Below, piece after piece: positions 27,935-42,604 of a stretch of 64,000 nucleotides of DNA. The DNA is from Eledone cirrhosa (Eukaryota), in assembly GCA_964016885.1 (NCBI GenBank), contig OZ024741.1, positions 70,990,001-71,054,000 on the forward strand, written 5' to 3'. The position numbers were made by a program, and so were the translations under genes. Under the pieces are notes generated by a model. The model saw only the letters and a program-made list of their open reading frames with translations. It was not told the DNA's origin and did no database searches. Numbering within the stretch: the first letter of the stretch is position 1; every line of letters begins with the position of its first letter.

Positions 27935-28729
27935 GCGTGCGTGCGTGCGTGCGCGCGCGTGTCTGTGTGTGTGTATATATGTGTGTGTGTGTGTGTGTGT
28001 GTACATACATATATCTGAAGACATCACTTAAATCTAATTACACTTTAAGATTTAATGAATTATATCCTCTGAATATCAATGTTTCTGCTTATCTATATAT
28101 CTGAGGTGGAAAATTGCCAGAGTCATATAGAATGCCTTGCAGTATTCATTCCAGCTCATTGCACTCTGAGTTCACTTTACCTTTCATCCTTTTGAAGTTG
28201 ATAAAAAATGTAACTGGCCATTATTAAGGTCAATTCTTCTCCTATATCTCTTTCTCACTATCATTCACTCTCTCCTTCTCTTGAAGAAATTAGCAGTATT
28301 CAAACATGGAGAAGGGATGTGCTTTGCTAGATTTAATAAATGCTCAAGCCATGCTCTATGTTACAGCTCCATACATATATAGATGGTGGTGACACAGAAA
28401 CTGTGCCAGTCACCCTGTAAGATGGGCATGCTGGTGATGCAATGAAAAAGCACCCAGTTCGCCTTGTTATATGGCCATTTTGGTGCCACAATAAAAAGCT
28501 CGGATTCCACAAAGAAGAAGAAGAAAAAGAAGAAGAAGAAGAAGAAAAAGAAAAAGAAAAAGAAAAAGAAAAAGAAAAAGAAAAAGAAAAAGAAGTTGGT
28601 ATAACAGAACAATTGATCTCTTATATAGTGGTGGTGGTGATTTGTCTAATAGTGGTAGCATCTTGAGTGTGTATGAAGAGGGTAGCGTTGATGACTCACT
28701 GGATGGCTATGGTTGGATACTCCTGTGTA

Positions 28730-28777
<48 letters not shown>

Positions 28778-28941
28778 CACACCAGACACCTGCAGCTTCT
28801 GTCTACAAAATACTACTCACAAGGCATTGGTCAACCTGAGTCTATAATACGGGACTGAATTCAGACCAACTGATATTGAATCAAGCACCTTAACACCTAT
28901 TTGAGGGAGATTAATCTTAAATTTCTATTTTTATACATCTA

Positions 28942-29263
28942 TCTATATATAAATTTGAGCAACTTCCGTCCGTCCGTCACACAATGTGTGTGTTTGTGTG
29001 AATGTATGTGTGTGTAAAAGGAAGGAAGGGGATGGTGAAAAAACTTTAGCAAAACAGCGGCTGGCATTCCATTTGCTACGCTGTGTGTGAGTGTGTGTAT
29101 TTTGTGTAAATGTATGTGTATTTATGTGAATGTATGTCTTTGAGTGTGCATTTTTGTGTCTTTGTTTGACGTTTATATTTATATATTCATACATATAAAT
29201 GTATGAATACGCACATACACACACACACAGACATATGCGTCAGTGTGTTGAAAAAGATTCTAG
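28942..29263 (+). mobile_element. Possible non-autonomous Helitron-like relic
   Basis: Begins TCTATATATAAA followed by (CCGT)n, as many short animal Helitrons do. The 3' end is uncertain (CTAG at ~29260). Confidence 0.3.
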
Positions 29264-29964
29264 TTAAATAAATTTTATAATTTATTCAATGTTTTTTCTT
29301 TTTTTATACATTTACTCTTTTCTTTACTCAAATACACAACATTCCAATTTACTACCAGAGGTTTTTTTAATTTCTGCAGGGGGGGGGGGGGGCGTCCACA
29401 GCCCACCACTCACTCACTAAACCAGCAGACAGTCACCCATCAGAAACTTTACATATTCATTTGAACTACTAAAAATAACAGCCAAATCTCCCTCAAATCA
29501 CACACTCAGTCATATAGATTAAGTAAAACACAAATTAGATAATGTAATCCGAGAGACATCATGGCTGGGAAAAAAAAAATCAGTGACAGGATGGTCTACT
29601 AGATCAACATTGACACAGGACAAAACAACATCAACAACAAGCAGCCTGCCAGCCATCCAACCTCCTTTCTTTTCTAAGAAATGAACTCAATTAATACTGC
29701 CTCATCAATATAAATCTCTGTTGGTTGAACAACTAGGTCAGAGTTATCAAACACAATAATCTTATTTTCTCTCTTTCACTCACAGCCTCCGTCTCTCTCA
29801 CTCTCCTCATCTCTCAATATTATATACAAATGGAGCCCATGGGCTGGCCGACCTGTGGTCCTGACGGACAGAATAGAAAAGGCGTTTTCCCAAAGGATTC
29901 CAACTCACGAGGCTCACATCAGCAGGTAGTCAACTCCATGCCAGTGGTGGTGAGTAGGGAGGTG

Positions 29965-30500
29965 GTCCTAGGACCAAGAACACCAGAAGTTGATGGAAGC
30001 TATGGAGTAGGAAAACCTAGGAAGATTTGGGATGAGGTGATAAAAGCTGACATTACACAAATGCACCTCTCAAAGGCAATGACACAGAACCATGATCTCT
30101 GGTGTTATGCAGCGATACAGAAGACCTGCTTTCCCATGTGCACGACTTGAAGCATACATCTAGTATGCACCAACTTGCCCTCGATTACCCCTTCCATACA
30201 TCTCCCACATCATAAGACCCCACTCACGTCATGACATCCCACCCCTCAATCTACCTCCCCAATCCCCATGCAAGTCCTCAGTCCACACTATAAAGTGGTT
30301 GTCTAGATGTCACAACAAAAAGCACCCAGTACACACTGTAAATGTGGTTGACATTAGAAAGTGCATCTAGCTGTAGAAACCAAGCCAAAATCAATTCAGT
30401 ATGAGCAAGACATGGTTATCTGACCTGGCTTGTCTCACAATGATGGGACAACTTGTCTAACCCATGCTAGCATGGAAAATGGATGTTAAATGATGATGAT
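29965..30500 (+). mobile_element. Old RTE LINE 3' fragment
   Basis: EVDGSYGVGKPRKIWDEVIKAD..HLSKAMT, 3' UTR motif and (TGA)n tail. Confidence 0.85.
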
Positions 30501-31383
30501 ATATATATCAACACACATTCACCAACTAATGCATATACATACTCACTATCTCCCCAACATACAGACAAATAAACATATGTACAAACACACACAAACACAG
30601 TAACATACACATTCACCAACCATAACACACACATACCTACACCAACAATTACACACACTATAACAACCATATGCACACACACACACTATGGATAACACAA
30701 ACTTACCAATACTTACACACATACACCAACACATCAAGACGTGTGCGTGTGCGCGTGTGTGTGTGTGTGTAGTTAGACGGAAACATATGTTTCATGAGCA
30801 TGTAAATCAACTTGAGAAGCTTATTCTTGATTTATTGTTTTAATTACCTCCACTTCTCCTTCAGCATCGCTAACATTTACAGCTTCTTTTCTGTCCATAA
30901 TCTAGTGGGTAATTCCAATAAATTAACCATTTGATGATGATGATGATGATGTGTACAGAATTTAGTACATACCTCTTTAACCCTTCCGCATCAATGCTAT
31001 ACACACTCTTTCAATTAATTAATGAAGAATTTTGAGGGATTTACAAAAATTATTAATTATTTCATTACTAAGATAGTAACTTAATGTATGGCTCTTATAA
31101 AAAAAAAATAAAAAAAATGTTGGGAGAGTTAAATTTAAATAGTAACCCTTTAAAATGTTTTTTTATTTTTTCATAGAAACAGAGCTGGTTTGTGCCAAGT
31201 TGATATGAAAAGGGTGAAAAGAAAATGTGTGATGTTGGGGGATGCTGAGGATGTGAAGAGCTGTGTATGTGTGTGTGTATATATGTATGTAGGTGAGTAT
31301 ATATATATATTCCTGCGATTTCAAGCATTAACCTAATATATTCCTTCCATATACTGTTCCGATTGTGTTATTTCTGTTTACCT

Positions 31384-31415
<32 letters not shown>

Positions 31416-31585
31416 CATACATACATACATACATACATACATACATAAGTGTGCGTGTGTGTAAGCATGCATGTATGTAAGTATGTATTTATGTGTATGT
31501 ATTTATGTGAATGTAAATATGTATGACTGGGCATGTATTGGATGAGTATGATTGTGTGTGTGTTTATATATATATATATATATAT

Positions 31586-32731
31586 GGTGGTCCTTAAGGA
31601 AATTTAGGTGTAGAAGAATGGCTTGTGAGACCGGTGCAAGCCATGTACAGGGAAGCTGTCAGTAAAATGAGACTAGGAAGCAACTTTAGTGAGGAATTAA
31701 AGGTACAGGTAAGAGTTCATCAGGATTCAGTTCTTAGCCCACTGCTATTCATCATAGTTCTCCAGGCCATAACAGAGGTGTTTAAAACTGTCTATCCATT
31801 GGAAATTCTCTATGTCGATGATTTGATCCTTATAGCTGAATCCATAAAAGAACTAGAAAATAAGTTCCGATTATGAAAGCAGAATTTAGAATCAAAATGT
31901 CTGAGAGTAAACTTAGTCAAAACTAAAGTGTTAGAAAGTAGGAAAGAAGATAGGACTCTGATCCCTTCAGGGAAGTGGCTCTGCTCAATATGTAGAAAAG
32001 GGGTAGGCATAAACTCCATATGGTGTACACAATGTAAATCTTGGGTACATAAGAGATGCAGTGGGATAACAGGTAGACTAACAGGAAGGGAAAACTTTGA
32101 TATAAACCTCTTCAAGTCACAGTAAAGGTCCATAGAAGTGGTTGACAGCTTCTATCTAGTGGGCTTAATCAGCAGTGGAGGAGGGTGCTCTGAGAGCATA
32201 ATAGCTTGAATAAGGATAGGATGGAAGAAGTTTAGAGAGCTACACCCAGAGTTGACAACAGAAGGTTTCCCCCTACATACAAAAGGACAGCTGTATAATG
32301 CCTGTGTGCGAAGTGTGATGCTGCATGGCAGAGGACATGCATAGACTGAAGAGAAATGAAGCAACCATGTTTTGTTGGATGTGCAACGTAAATGTAAGAG
32401 AAAAGCAGAGCTTGGATGAACTGAGAGAGAAGCTGGGTCAAAGAGGAATCTGAGGTGGTGTACAGGAGAGAACACTGCATTGGTACGGACATGTGCTGGT
32501 CATGGATAATGATCAATGGGGAAAGAGGTGCCAGGAAATGTCAGTGGATGGAAGCAGCAGTAGAGGTAGACTGAGAAAGACTTGGGCAGAGGTAGTGTAA
32601 GCTGACCTCAAATCGCTGAGACTCACAGAGTAGATGTCAAAGAAACGCAGCAAGTGGAGAGATGTTGTGCTGAAAAGGACCAGTCCAACCCATGCAAGCA
32701 TGGAAAAACAGACATAAAAATGATGATGATG
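31586..32731 (+). mobile_element. Degenerate RTE LINE (older subfamily) with PHD-like finger remnant
   Basis: VHQDSVLSPLLF, LYVDDL and WLCSICRKGVGINSIWCTQCKSWVHKRC, with multiple stops and a (TGA)n tail. Confidence 0.9.
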
Positions 32732-32751
32732 GCACACATATATATATATAG

Positions 32752-32782
<31 letters not shown>

Positions 32783-33463
32783 CCATCATCATCATTTTTA
32801 TGTTTCCCACATGCTTCTCCCCCATATATATATATATATGGGGGAGAAGCATGTGGTGTGGACGGGGAAGAGAACATTTAGAATTTCTGCATTAATTAAA
32901 AGCAAGTATTTCAAAACTTAATGAAATACAAAGAAATCAAAGATTAAAAACAAACCAAACAACCACTGCAGGCACCATCACTGCCAACACTGCCATCCCT
33001 GCCACCACCATCCTCTTGCCCCCTAACATTGCCCCCCCCCCCCCCCCAATTACCACTGCTGCTGGCTGCAGCCACCATCACCCTCCCCTCCCTCCTTCTC
33101 CAAGCCTTGTTTTTCCCCAATAAATATTTCCAAATGAAATTCTCAACATATGTCATATGATTAAATATTAATGAACTGAACTGATGTGTGTGTGTGTTTG
33201 TGTGTGCGTGTATGTCGTATATGTATAGTGTTTTAAATAACACTATACTTAAAACATCCAAACATTAACTGAAGGAGTACTCAATACATGTGGATAGTGT
33301 GTGTGTGTGTTTGTGTGTATTAGGATGAAAGCAAAAATTGTTTGTTTAAACCTTTAATCTGTGTTAATAAATATTCACTCTAAGGGTTTATATATATATA
33401 AATATATATATATTTATTTATATATATATATATTGAAAGGATATATATATATATATATTGAAA

Positions 33464-33509
<46 letters not shown>

Positions 33510-33536
33510 TTATATATATATATATATATTGAAAGG

Positions 33537-33574
<38 letters not shown>

Positions 33575-35163
33575 ATTGAAAGAATATATATATATATATA
33601 TATAAAACACTTTTGAGTTCTTTCTGGATTTTGATCTTTGTATCTATTATCATTAATTTAATGTGAGAGTGTGTGTTTATGTGTGTGTGTGCATGTGAGA
33701 AAGTGTGTGTATGCGAATGTGAAAGTGCATGTGTGTGCGTATGTGTGTGAATATGTATTTCTGCAGCAAATACATTAGCTTTCTAAGTTGTTATCATGTT
33801 CTCTTTGTAGTTTGTTTTCTATGGAGAAGAGGGTGGTGGCGCAGTGAGAAGGTGTGTTTGTCCCCACCCCCATAATTTTCTATAGAGTGGTGGAGATGGG
33901 AGGAGGAGAGAGAAGGTTTGTGTGATCCCCACCCACAATATTTCTGTTGTTGTTCCATGTCTTCCTTAGACTTTCAGGGTGAGAGTTGTAGATTAGTGCA
34001 ACCATATGTCATATAATTAACACTAAACTAATTAAAACCTTTCTTGTATGTATATATTGGGTGGTAATGATAGTGGTGGTTCTGGTGAAGTGGTGGTGGT
34101 GGTGTTGCTGGTAGCGGTGCTGCTGAAGAGATGATTATTGATGGTGGTGAAGACGGTGGTGGTTATGATTGTAGTGGTGATGGTAGTGGTGGTGGTCCTG
34201 GTTGAGGTGGTGGTGGTAGTGGTGGTGGTGTTTCTGCTGCTGCTGCTTATGGTGGTAGCAATGGTGGTTATGAGGGTGATGGTTTTCTCGGAGATAGTAA
34301 AGATGGTGGTGGTGAGGATGACAATGGTGAAGGTGATAGCAGTTATGATGGTGGTGGTGGCACTGATGATGATGAAGGTCTTATAGAAAATAGACTCCCT
34401 TTTGAAATAAATACTCCATTATTTATTTTATTTATATATCTATTTATCTATTTATTTATTTTACACTTGTACAGATGCTGTAAAAATTCTCTATCCACTT
34501 CAAAATACCCCTACCCTAATTTCCATACTTCCTCACTCAACTTTCATACACCTACCCTTTCTTCCATGCCCCAACTCCCATACATACACCCATATTTCCC
34601 TACCTCCATTCTTGCTTACATACACCCTCTTCAAAATACCACCACCCTCACTTCCATACACCCACCTCTGTTCTATACACACACCTCTCCCTAACCTGAC
34701 ATACACATCATGGTAGCAAATTGGCAAAGTCATAGAGCATAAGTCAAAATGCTTTGCAGTATTTGTTCTGGCTCGATGCGCTTCCAGTTCAAATACTATG
34801 GCATTCAACTTTACTTTTCATCCTTTTGGAATCAATAAAATAAAGTACCAGACCAAACAAGAGCAGTGGATTGATGGAATTGTTAGAGCACCAGAGAAGA
34901 TGACTTGTGGTGGTATTTATTCCAGCTCTTCGCTTTCTGAGTTCAAATCATACTATAGCTTACTTGGAAAGGAGACTTAATCTGTTGGCCAGTATAACAC
35001 CACCAACAGACCAGAGCAGTGATTTGGCAGAGCATGGGACATTAGTTCCTGCTCTCTATACTCTTGTTTCAAACCCCACTAATGTCAATATTGCCTTTTA
35101 AAGTTAATAAAATACAGTAGCAGTCTAGATTTCCAACAACAACCCTGAATACTGAATTCCATG

Positions 35164-37261
35164 TGTCTAACACCCATGGACATACTTACAAAATCAGAAA
35201 ACAATACAGCTGCCATAATTTTCAGAAACATTTTTTTACATTCAGAGTTGCTGAAGTATGAAACAAACTACCTACATCGATTGTTACCTGTTAAAACATT
35301 GCATCCTTCAAAACTTCCATTCTTCCGAAATTCGCCAACACTACACTGAAATTCCCTCTCCATACACACGGACTGTGCATATATCATGACCTATACACTG
35401 TTCACTTTCCTGACATTTGTACATTATTCTATGTACTATACAAGCACCTTTGATGAGCTGTAGTGCACCTGAGCACTGAACACAATATTTTTTATCAGAC
35501 CAGATTCCTTGTGGTATTTGTTCCAGCCCTTTGCTTTCTGAGTTCAAATCCTGTTATGGCTTAATTGGGTGGTAGATTAACCTTCTCATTACTATACTTC
35601 TAATGAAAGATGCTGCCTATGTTTTTAAATGAATTTGAAAATAGTTAAGAATTGGAAGGGGCTTAATAAAATATCAAACTTTTTCATTATAATGCTGATG
35701 TTTAGAACTTAAAGATTGTTGCATAAAATCATATTGGAAGGTTTTTCTATAAATATATACACTTTTAACCCTTTCATTACCATATTTCTAATGGAAGACA
35801 CTGCCTATGTTTTCAAATAAATTTCAAATAAAGTATTTAGTAAAATAAGTAACTTTCTCATTATATACTGATGTTTGACCTAATTGATACCAACCAGGCT
35901 AGAACTGGCTCTGGTTCTATTTTCAAGTGTCCCTAATTAAATTAAAATCTTCAAACATAATTTTATATAATCTACCCCTTTCTAGAGTTGAACTATATGT
36001 TACATTATTATTATACTAATGAAAGTTCAGAATTTTAGAAAATCCTTCAACATTTTTCATTAATTAATTGAAATAAAGTGTATTTTATTAGAAATATGGT
36101 CACAAAACATCACCTCCAGGCCAGAGCAGTGGAATGTCTTGCTAATGTGGTTTCATGTAGCACAGATTGGTAAGACTTAAATGGTTTGATACATTAAAAC
36201 TATTCCATAAGCCTAAAGAGAGGATAGCAGACTATTATAAATACATGTATACACACATGTATGATGACCAAATGAGGATTATTTTTCAACATGGTCCCTG
36301 GAAAGAAACAATAGTTATTAATAAGAAGGGATGAAATTAAAGCATGCAAGATTTCACAGCTCTAACATCACTCCTTAATAGTCAGCTTATGAACTTTTCA
36401 GCTGAACCTCGTGTATGGTTGTGTGTGTATATATATGTGTGTATGTGTGTATATATACATACATATATGCACACACCCATTACACATGCACACAAATACA
36501 TAGAAACACACACACAAATAATACATATAGACACACATATTTACATACACACACACATGAATATATGCAGATATCATTTACACACGCACATCCTTGACAC
36601 ACAAACAAACACACCGTTTTTACATATACATACACACACACACATACACACTTGAACATATGCAGACAACTTTTACACACACATATATATATATACATAT
36701 GCAGACAACACATATATACATATACACACACTAACACAATTACACAAACACAGACATGCAAACATATATATAGCCAGAAGCATAGATACCAGGATATTCT
36801 ACACACCCACATATATGTGTGTGTGTTTCTATGTATGTGTTTGTGTGTGTGTGTTTCTATGTATGTGTTTGTCTCTGTGTGTTTGTCTATGTGTATCTGT
36901 GCATATGTATATACAGGGTTGGTGGGATTGTTCCTATCTTTCAACAGAAAACATTATTTAAAGGAGTACAGTTACAGCCTCCTCCTGCCCCCCCCCTCCC
37001 CCTCCTCTCTCTCTCACTCTTTCTTTCATCCCTCTCTCATTCTTCCAGCTCTCCTCTGTCTACTCCACATCCTTTTTCAACATCATCAACACTATGACCT
37101 ACTCCTTTAGGAAACTGGAAAAGAGAGAATGGCAAGATGAAATTTTATACATATATGTACATACATACAATATACACACATACATATACATACATACGTA
37201 CATACATACATACGTACGTACGTATAAGTCCTTAACCACTCAGCCATGCCTTATCCAACAT
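35164..37261. repeat. Inverted duplication, left arm outer part (partner 52970-55051)
   Basis: Near-identical reverse complement. Mirrored ORFs appear in the track, e.g. 35341-35547 vs 54667-54873. Confidence 0.96.
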
Positions 37262-40200
37262 CATCATCATCAACGTTTAACGTCCGTGTTCCACGCTTGC
37301 ATGGGTTTGGACGGGGGTTTTCCCACTTGAGGCAAGAGTGATTGTTTTGCTCGCATAGGACTGTCTGGCGGGTTTTCTACAGCTGGATGCCCTTCTTTAC
37401 ATCAACCACATTTACAGTGTGGGGCTGGGAGGTTTTTACCGTGTTGCCTACACGGCCACATTACAGCGTGGACTGTGTGTTTTTTTTGTCGTGACACCTA
37501 CACGATCTCATTTGTTTCGGCCTGGATGTTGTGGCACCAACATAACTTTACATTGAAAGGGGCGGTGTGGATGGGGTAGGGGTGGTGGGACGGGGGTGTA
37601 TTTTGTTAGAGATGCCTACTGACTGTAGGAGGTTTTGCTTTGTATTTAGGTAAGGCGGGTCTTCTCTATTACTGAGTACCGCCAAAGATCTCGGTCCAGT
37701 GACATTGTCTTGGAGAGGTGTAAGTGTGTGAGGTCAGAATTTATCAGGTTGCCCCAGGTTTTTCTGGGTCTGCCTACTCCGTAGCTACCGTCTATCTTTA
37801 TTGCCCTGCACTTTGTTATACAGCTGTCGTCTTTCATGCGCATCACGTGACCATACCAACGTAGCCTTCTCTCGAGTAAACAACATCTGATCCCTCTTAT
37901 TTCTAATTTTTTCCTTAGTTCGTTTATGCTTTGCCGTTCACGTATATTACTATTACACATCTAGCGGAGCATGCAAGCTTCGTTCCTCTCTAGTCTGCGT
38001 ATATCCTCTGCACACAATGCCCAGGTCTCACTGCCATGCAACATTGCTGTTCGTATGCAGGCATCATACAACCTGCCTTTAATTTTTAAGGAGAACCCTT
38101 TAGCGGCTAATAGTGGTATAAGCTCTCTGAACTTTTTCCATCCAGTTCTGACTCTAGCTACTGTACTTTCAGAGCACCCTCCCCCACTGCTGATTTTGTC
38201 ACCCAGGTAACGGAAGCTGTCCACTATTTCTATAGAACCCTCTGCGCAATTGAAAGAGCTAGTATTTTGTGGGCACTTGCTGCTACTTATTGCACCAGAG
38301 CACCGGCCACATGTAAAATCTATGTTCTTAGTTAGCTTACCTGTGATCCCACTACATCTTTTATGCACCCATACTTTGCATTTGGGACATAAAATGGAGT
38401 TTCTACCTACGCCTTTCCTACACACTGAGCATGGCCACTTCCCGGAAGGGACCGCCGCCTTATTTTCTTTCTTACAAACTAGAACTTTAGTCTTAGCCAG
38501 GTTAATTTTAAGGCCTTTTGATTCTAGGCCGTGCTTCCATGCTTGGAATTTCTTCTCTAGCTCGGCCATTGATTCAGCTATGAGTGTTAGGTCATCTGCT
38601 TATAGGCGTTCCCATGGGCAGCCGGTCTTGAACTCCTCTGTTATAGCCTGAAGGGCAATAATAAATAGTAGGGGGCTGAGAACAGAGCCCTGATGGACGC
38701 CAACTTTTACGCTAAACTCTTCACTATATTCGTTGTTAATTCTAACCTTGCTGACTGTTTCTTTATACATGGCTTGTATAGCTCTCACAAGCCATTCGTC
38801 AACACCTAGTTTTCTAAGACCCCACCAGATAATGGAACGGGGGACTTTGTCGAAGGCTTTCTCCAAGTCGACAAAAGCTAAGTATAGGGGTTTACTTTTA
38901 GCTAGGTACTTCTCCTGTAGTTGTCATACAATGAAAAGAGCGTCTGTGGTACTTTTCCCTGACACAAACCCGAACTGCATTTCATCTAGATCAATTCTCT
39001 CTCTGATTAGTTGCGCTATTACTTTTTCCGTGACCTTCATGACCTGGTCGATTAATTTAATGCCTCTATAGTTACTCCTATCTAGGGCATCTCCTTTACC
39101 CTTATAACAGTTAACGATAATGCTGCTACGCCAGTCCTTCGGAACAACCCCATTCTGTACGACTTGGTTAACTATCCAGGTGACCATGGTGTGTCCCACC
39201 GTACCAGATGCCTTCAGCATCTCAGCAACTATTTCCGAAGGCCCAGCCGCCTTACCCGTCTTCATATCTTTGATTGCCTTACTTATTATACTACCTTTGA
39301 CTAACACAGCTGGTCTCTCTATTGGGTCGATGTGGGGGAGACTGTCTTTCTCCCATTTATTCTCCTCATTTAGTAGCCTTTCGTAGTGACACTTCCAAGC
39401 TACCTTCTTATTAGCATCAGTGATGGCAAGTACGCCGTCATCATTAAGTACACACTTCTCCTCGACAATATTACGGTTTTCCTTGACACATTGCCTAGCA
39501 ATCCTGAACACCTCACATTTTTGATCCTCGCGTTGTAGAACATGCTTGAACTTTCTTTCCTCTGCTTCCCTTCTTGCGAAGTACATTTGTCTCCTAGCTT
39601 CCCTCCTGGCCACTTGATAGTCTTCTCTACTTCCCCCATCCCGCCATACTTTCCAAGCCTGCTTTTTGGCCTTAATTGACCCCTCCACCTTACTGTTCCA
39701 CCACCATGTTACTCTCCTCCTGCCTACAGGCCTGCTCCAGCCACAGACTTCATCTGCCGCCATCAGCAGGTTTGCTTTCAGGAATTCCCACTGTTCCTCT
39801 ATATTGTACGACTCTAATTGCTCTTCCTTACTGTCGAAAGCATCAAGTAGTATGCTTTTAAATTTATTTCTGGCTGTGGGGTCCTTTAGCTTCCATATTT
39901 TTCTCCTGAGGATAGTCCTCTTCTGCTGTCTAGTACGTCTCGTCCTGACTATTAGGTCGCTAATTATCAGTCTATGTTGGGAGGTGCATTCTTCATGGGG
40001 GAGGGATTTAGTGTTTACAACAGACACTCTGTCACGTCTTCTGGTAAGGATATAATCTACCTGGCTTGTGTGTTCCCCGATCTATAGGTGATCAGGTGAT
40101 TGTCACATTTTTTTAAGTTAGTGTTACAGATAGTTAGGTTATTTGCGTCACAGAATTCCAGGATTCTGGAGCCTTCCTCATTTCTAGTACCAAACCCATA

Positions 40201-40799
40201 GCCTCCATGGATTTCGTCGTAGCCGTCACAATGTTGTCCAACGTGACCATTTAGGTCGCCTGCAATAATTATATAGTCACTGTCGGTTATTTGGGAGGTA
40301 GTGAGCATCAGTGTCTCATAGAATCTATCTTTTATAGTGCCGGGCAGTCCGGATTGGGGTGCGTACGCAGATATTACTGTCACCGTAGTTCTATTGAGGA
40401 CAAGTCTTATTTTAATTATTCTGTCGTTCACTCTATTTACGTCTATTATCTTATCTGCCCACTTTTCTGCTACCATGATTCCTACTCCACCCAGCCCATT
40501 GTCATTTCCCACCCAGAAAAGCTTATAGCACCATTTTTTACCCACAATGAATCTAGCAGACCCACCCCTCCACCTGGTCTCTTGAATACAACAAACATCG
40601 ACCTCCTTACGTTCAAGCATTTCTACAACCTCGTTAGAGCGACCCTTTAAGATGCCTACATTCATGGTACCAACTCTGGAGTTTGGGATTGCGTTTGGAG
40701 GGTGGGAGCGGTGGGGCGCGGGGGGAGATGGGGTTATGTTAGCCATCCGCGGCCGAAACAAAGAGGAGTGCTCGCATTCTCGTCCATGAGGTGAATTTG
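37262..40799 (-). mobile_element. Near full-length RTE LINE (APE + RT + PHD-like finger), disrupted; TSD TCCAACAT
   Basis: APE motifs GTMNVG, CIQETRW, SAYAPQ and GDLNGHVG, plus RT motifs. One frameshift (~40060) and stops at 38924, 38600 and 37961. TCCAACAT occurs at 37254-37261 and 40800-40807. Confidence 0.96.
37646..40746 (-). pseudogene. RTE endonuclease-reverse transcriptase ORF broken into five pieces
   Basis: ORF fragments 40057-40761, 38924-40027, 38600-38866, 37961-38569 and 37646-37960 are collinear. Confidence 0.93.
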
Positions 40800-40805
40800 T
40801 CCAAC

Positions 40806-40807
<2 letters not shown>

Positions 40808-40848
<41 letters not shown>

Positions 40849-41369
40849 TGGCTAAGTGGTTAAGGAGTTCACTTCACAACCAGTTTGATCTGGACTCAAT
40901 CCCGTTGCATAGCACTTTGGAAAAATATCACGATAGCCTCGAGTTGACTAATGCCGTATGAGTGGAATTTGGTAAACGGAAAATGTGTGCGTGTGCACGC
41001 GCATGTGTGTGTCTGTATGTGTTTACATTTGCGCTTATGTTCTATAACTTAGTGGTTCGGTAAAATAAATACTGGGGTCAGTATGACCAACTAAGTGATG
41101 ACAGTGCTCTAGCATGGTTGTGGTTTACCCACACCACACACATACACACAAGTACACATGCACGTACATATGCACCCTATAGTGTGTGAGGTGAAATGGA
41201 AGATAGATCACAAGGTGGAAAAAAAACTTCCTGATGTTCCAAATAATGATCACAGCTGGACACATTTTTGACATGTAACAAAAGTGTTGAGGAAAGAAAA
41301 AAAATATGAACCAATGAAATAGAAAGTAGTGAAATCAAAATCCTGGGTAGGAAGAGGGTATACAAATGG
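40808..41369. repeat. Inverted duplication, left arm inner part (partner 47355-47933); includes a tRNA-derived SINE at ~40848-41125
   Basis: Near-identical reverse complement of 47355-47933. SINE head TGGCTAAGTGGTTAAGG..GGACTCAATCCC. Confidence 0.94.
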
Positions 41370-41635
41370 AGGTGAGGTTGATAGGGAATGTATACTAGAT
41401 GTTTATTGGAGATATTTCAGTGAGAGTCTATTTTATGTCCCACTGGGCCAACAAGGGAATCTCTACGTGAATGATTCTTAATGTGGGGAGTAACCTCCAC
41501 AGGAGAGGAAATTTGAATATGTTAGTGCGATGGGAGACTGGTAATTTTTTTCTAAATTTTTCATTATATCTTTTTAACACTTATATTGAGATGGTGAGAG
41601 GAGCACATTTTTTGTGGTGTTGTCAGGGTTGGATT

Positions 41636-41920
41636 CATCATCATCATTTTACAACTGTTTTTCCATGCTTACATGGTCTGAAAAAGTTATTTCCAGTTCA
41701 GCCTTCTTTCACTTATAGCATTCCTTCATCCATCTCCTTTGGGAGGTTCAGTGTTTTGAGATCAGCTCTAATCACATCTCTTCAGGTTTTTCTCAGTCTT
41801 CCTCTACTGCAGCTTCCTTCCACTGTTATCTTCTAGCATGTCTTCACCCAGCATTCATCATACATGCGCATCACATGTTCATACCAGTGCAGTCTTTTCT
41901 CTTGCACACTATCTTTGATT
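41636..41920 (-). mobile_element. Old RTE LINE 3' fragment
   Basis: (CAT)n tail and a reverse-strand remnant of RLHWYEHVMRM. Confidence 0.75.
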
Positions 41921-42604
41921 CATAAGGAAATATTTATTAATTATACTATCTTTCTCATTATCAAGCTGATGTTTGGCATATAACCCTTTTTTCTAATGAA
42001 AGCCACAAATAATTTTGAAAATAATCAAGAATTTGGATGGGTTTAGTAATTAATAATTAGTATCATTGGTACAGATGGTGTGCATTTCATGGGTGTGCAT
42101 GTCATGGGTGTTATTTCTACTGTGTATGTGCATGTTTTGTGTATCATTGATGGAAGTATGTGTGTACGTGTATATTAATGCTCATGTATGCGTGTATGTG
42201 GGTGGGTGTTTATGGGTGTTATTAGTGCATGTATAAGTTTGGGTGAGTTTATGTGGTTATTAGTTTGTGTATGTAAATATGTTTATGCATGTGTGCATAA
42301 GCTTGTATGACTGTCTATATCAGTGTGCCTGTGTCCCAAATGAGAAGAGAAATGTAGTTCCCAGAGCTGTGATAAAACTTTACGATGGAATGGTGTGTAG
42401 CCGTTAGTTGTGTGTGCTATTCCAGGAAGTGGCCATATAGGAGTGGGTGGTGGGGTGGCTGTGTGTAGCGCACTAAGAACAAAGTTGGGTGTGTGCTATA
42501 TATATACACACACATACATATATGATATAGGTGATTATAGTGGAGTATTCCACTATTACTTTTGGTAAGGTGAGAAAAGCTCTATGCACACTAAAGTATA
42601 TATA

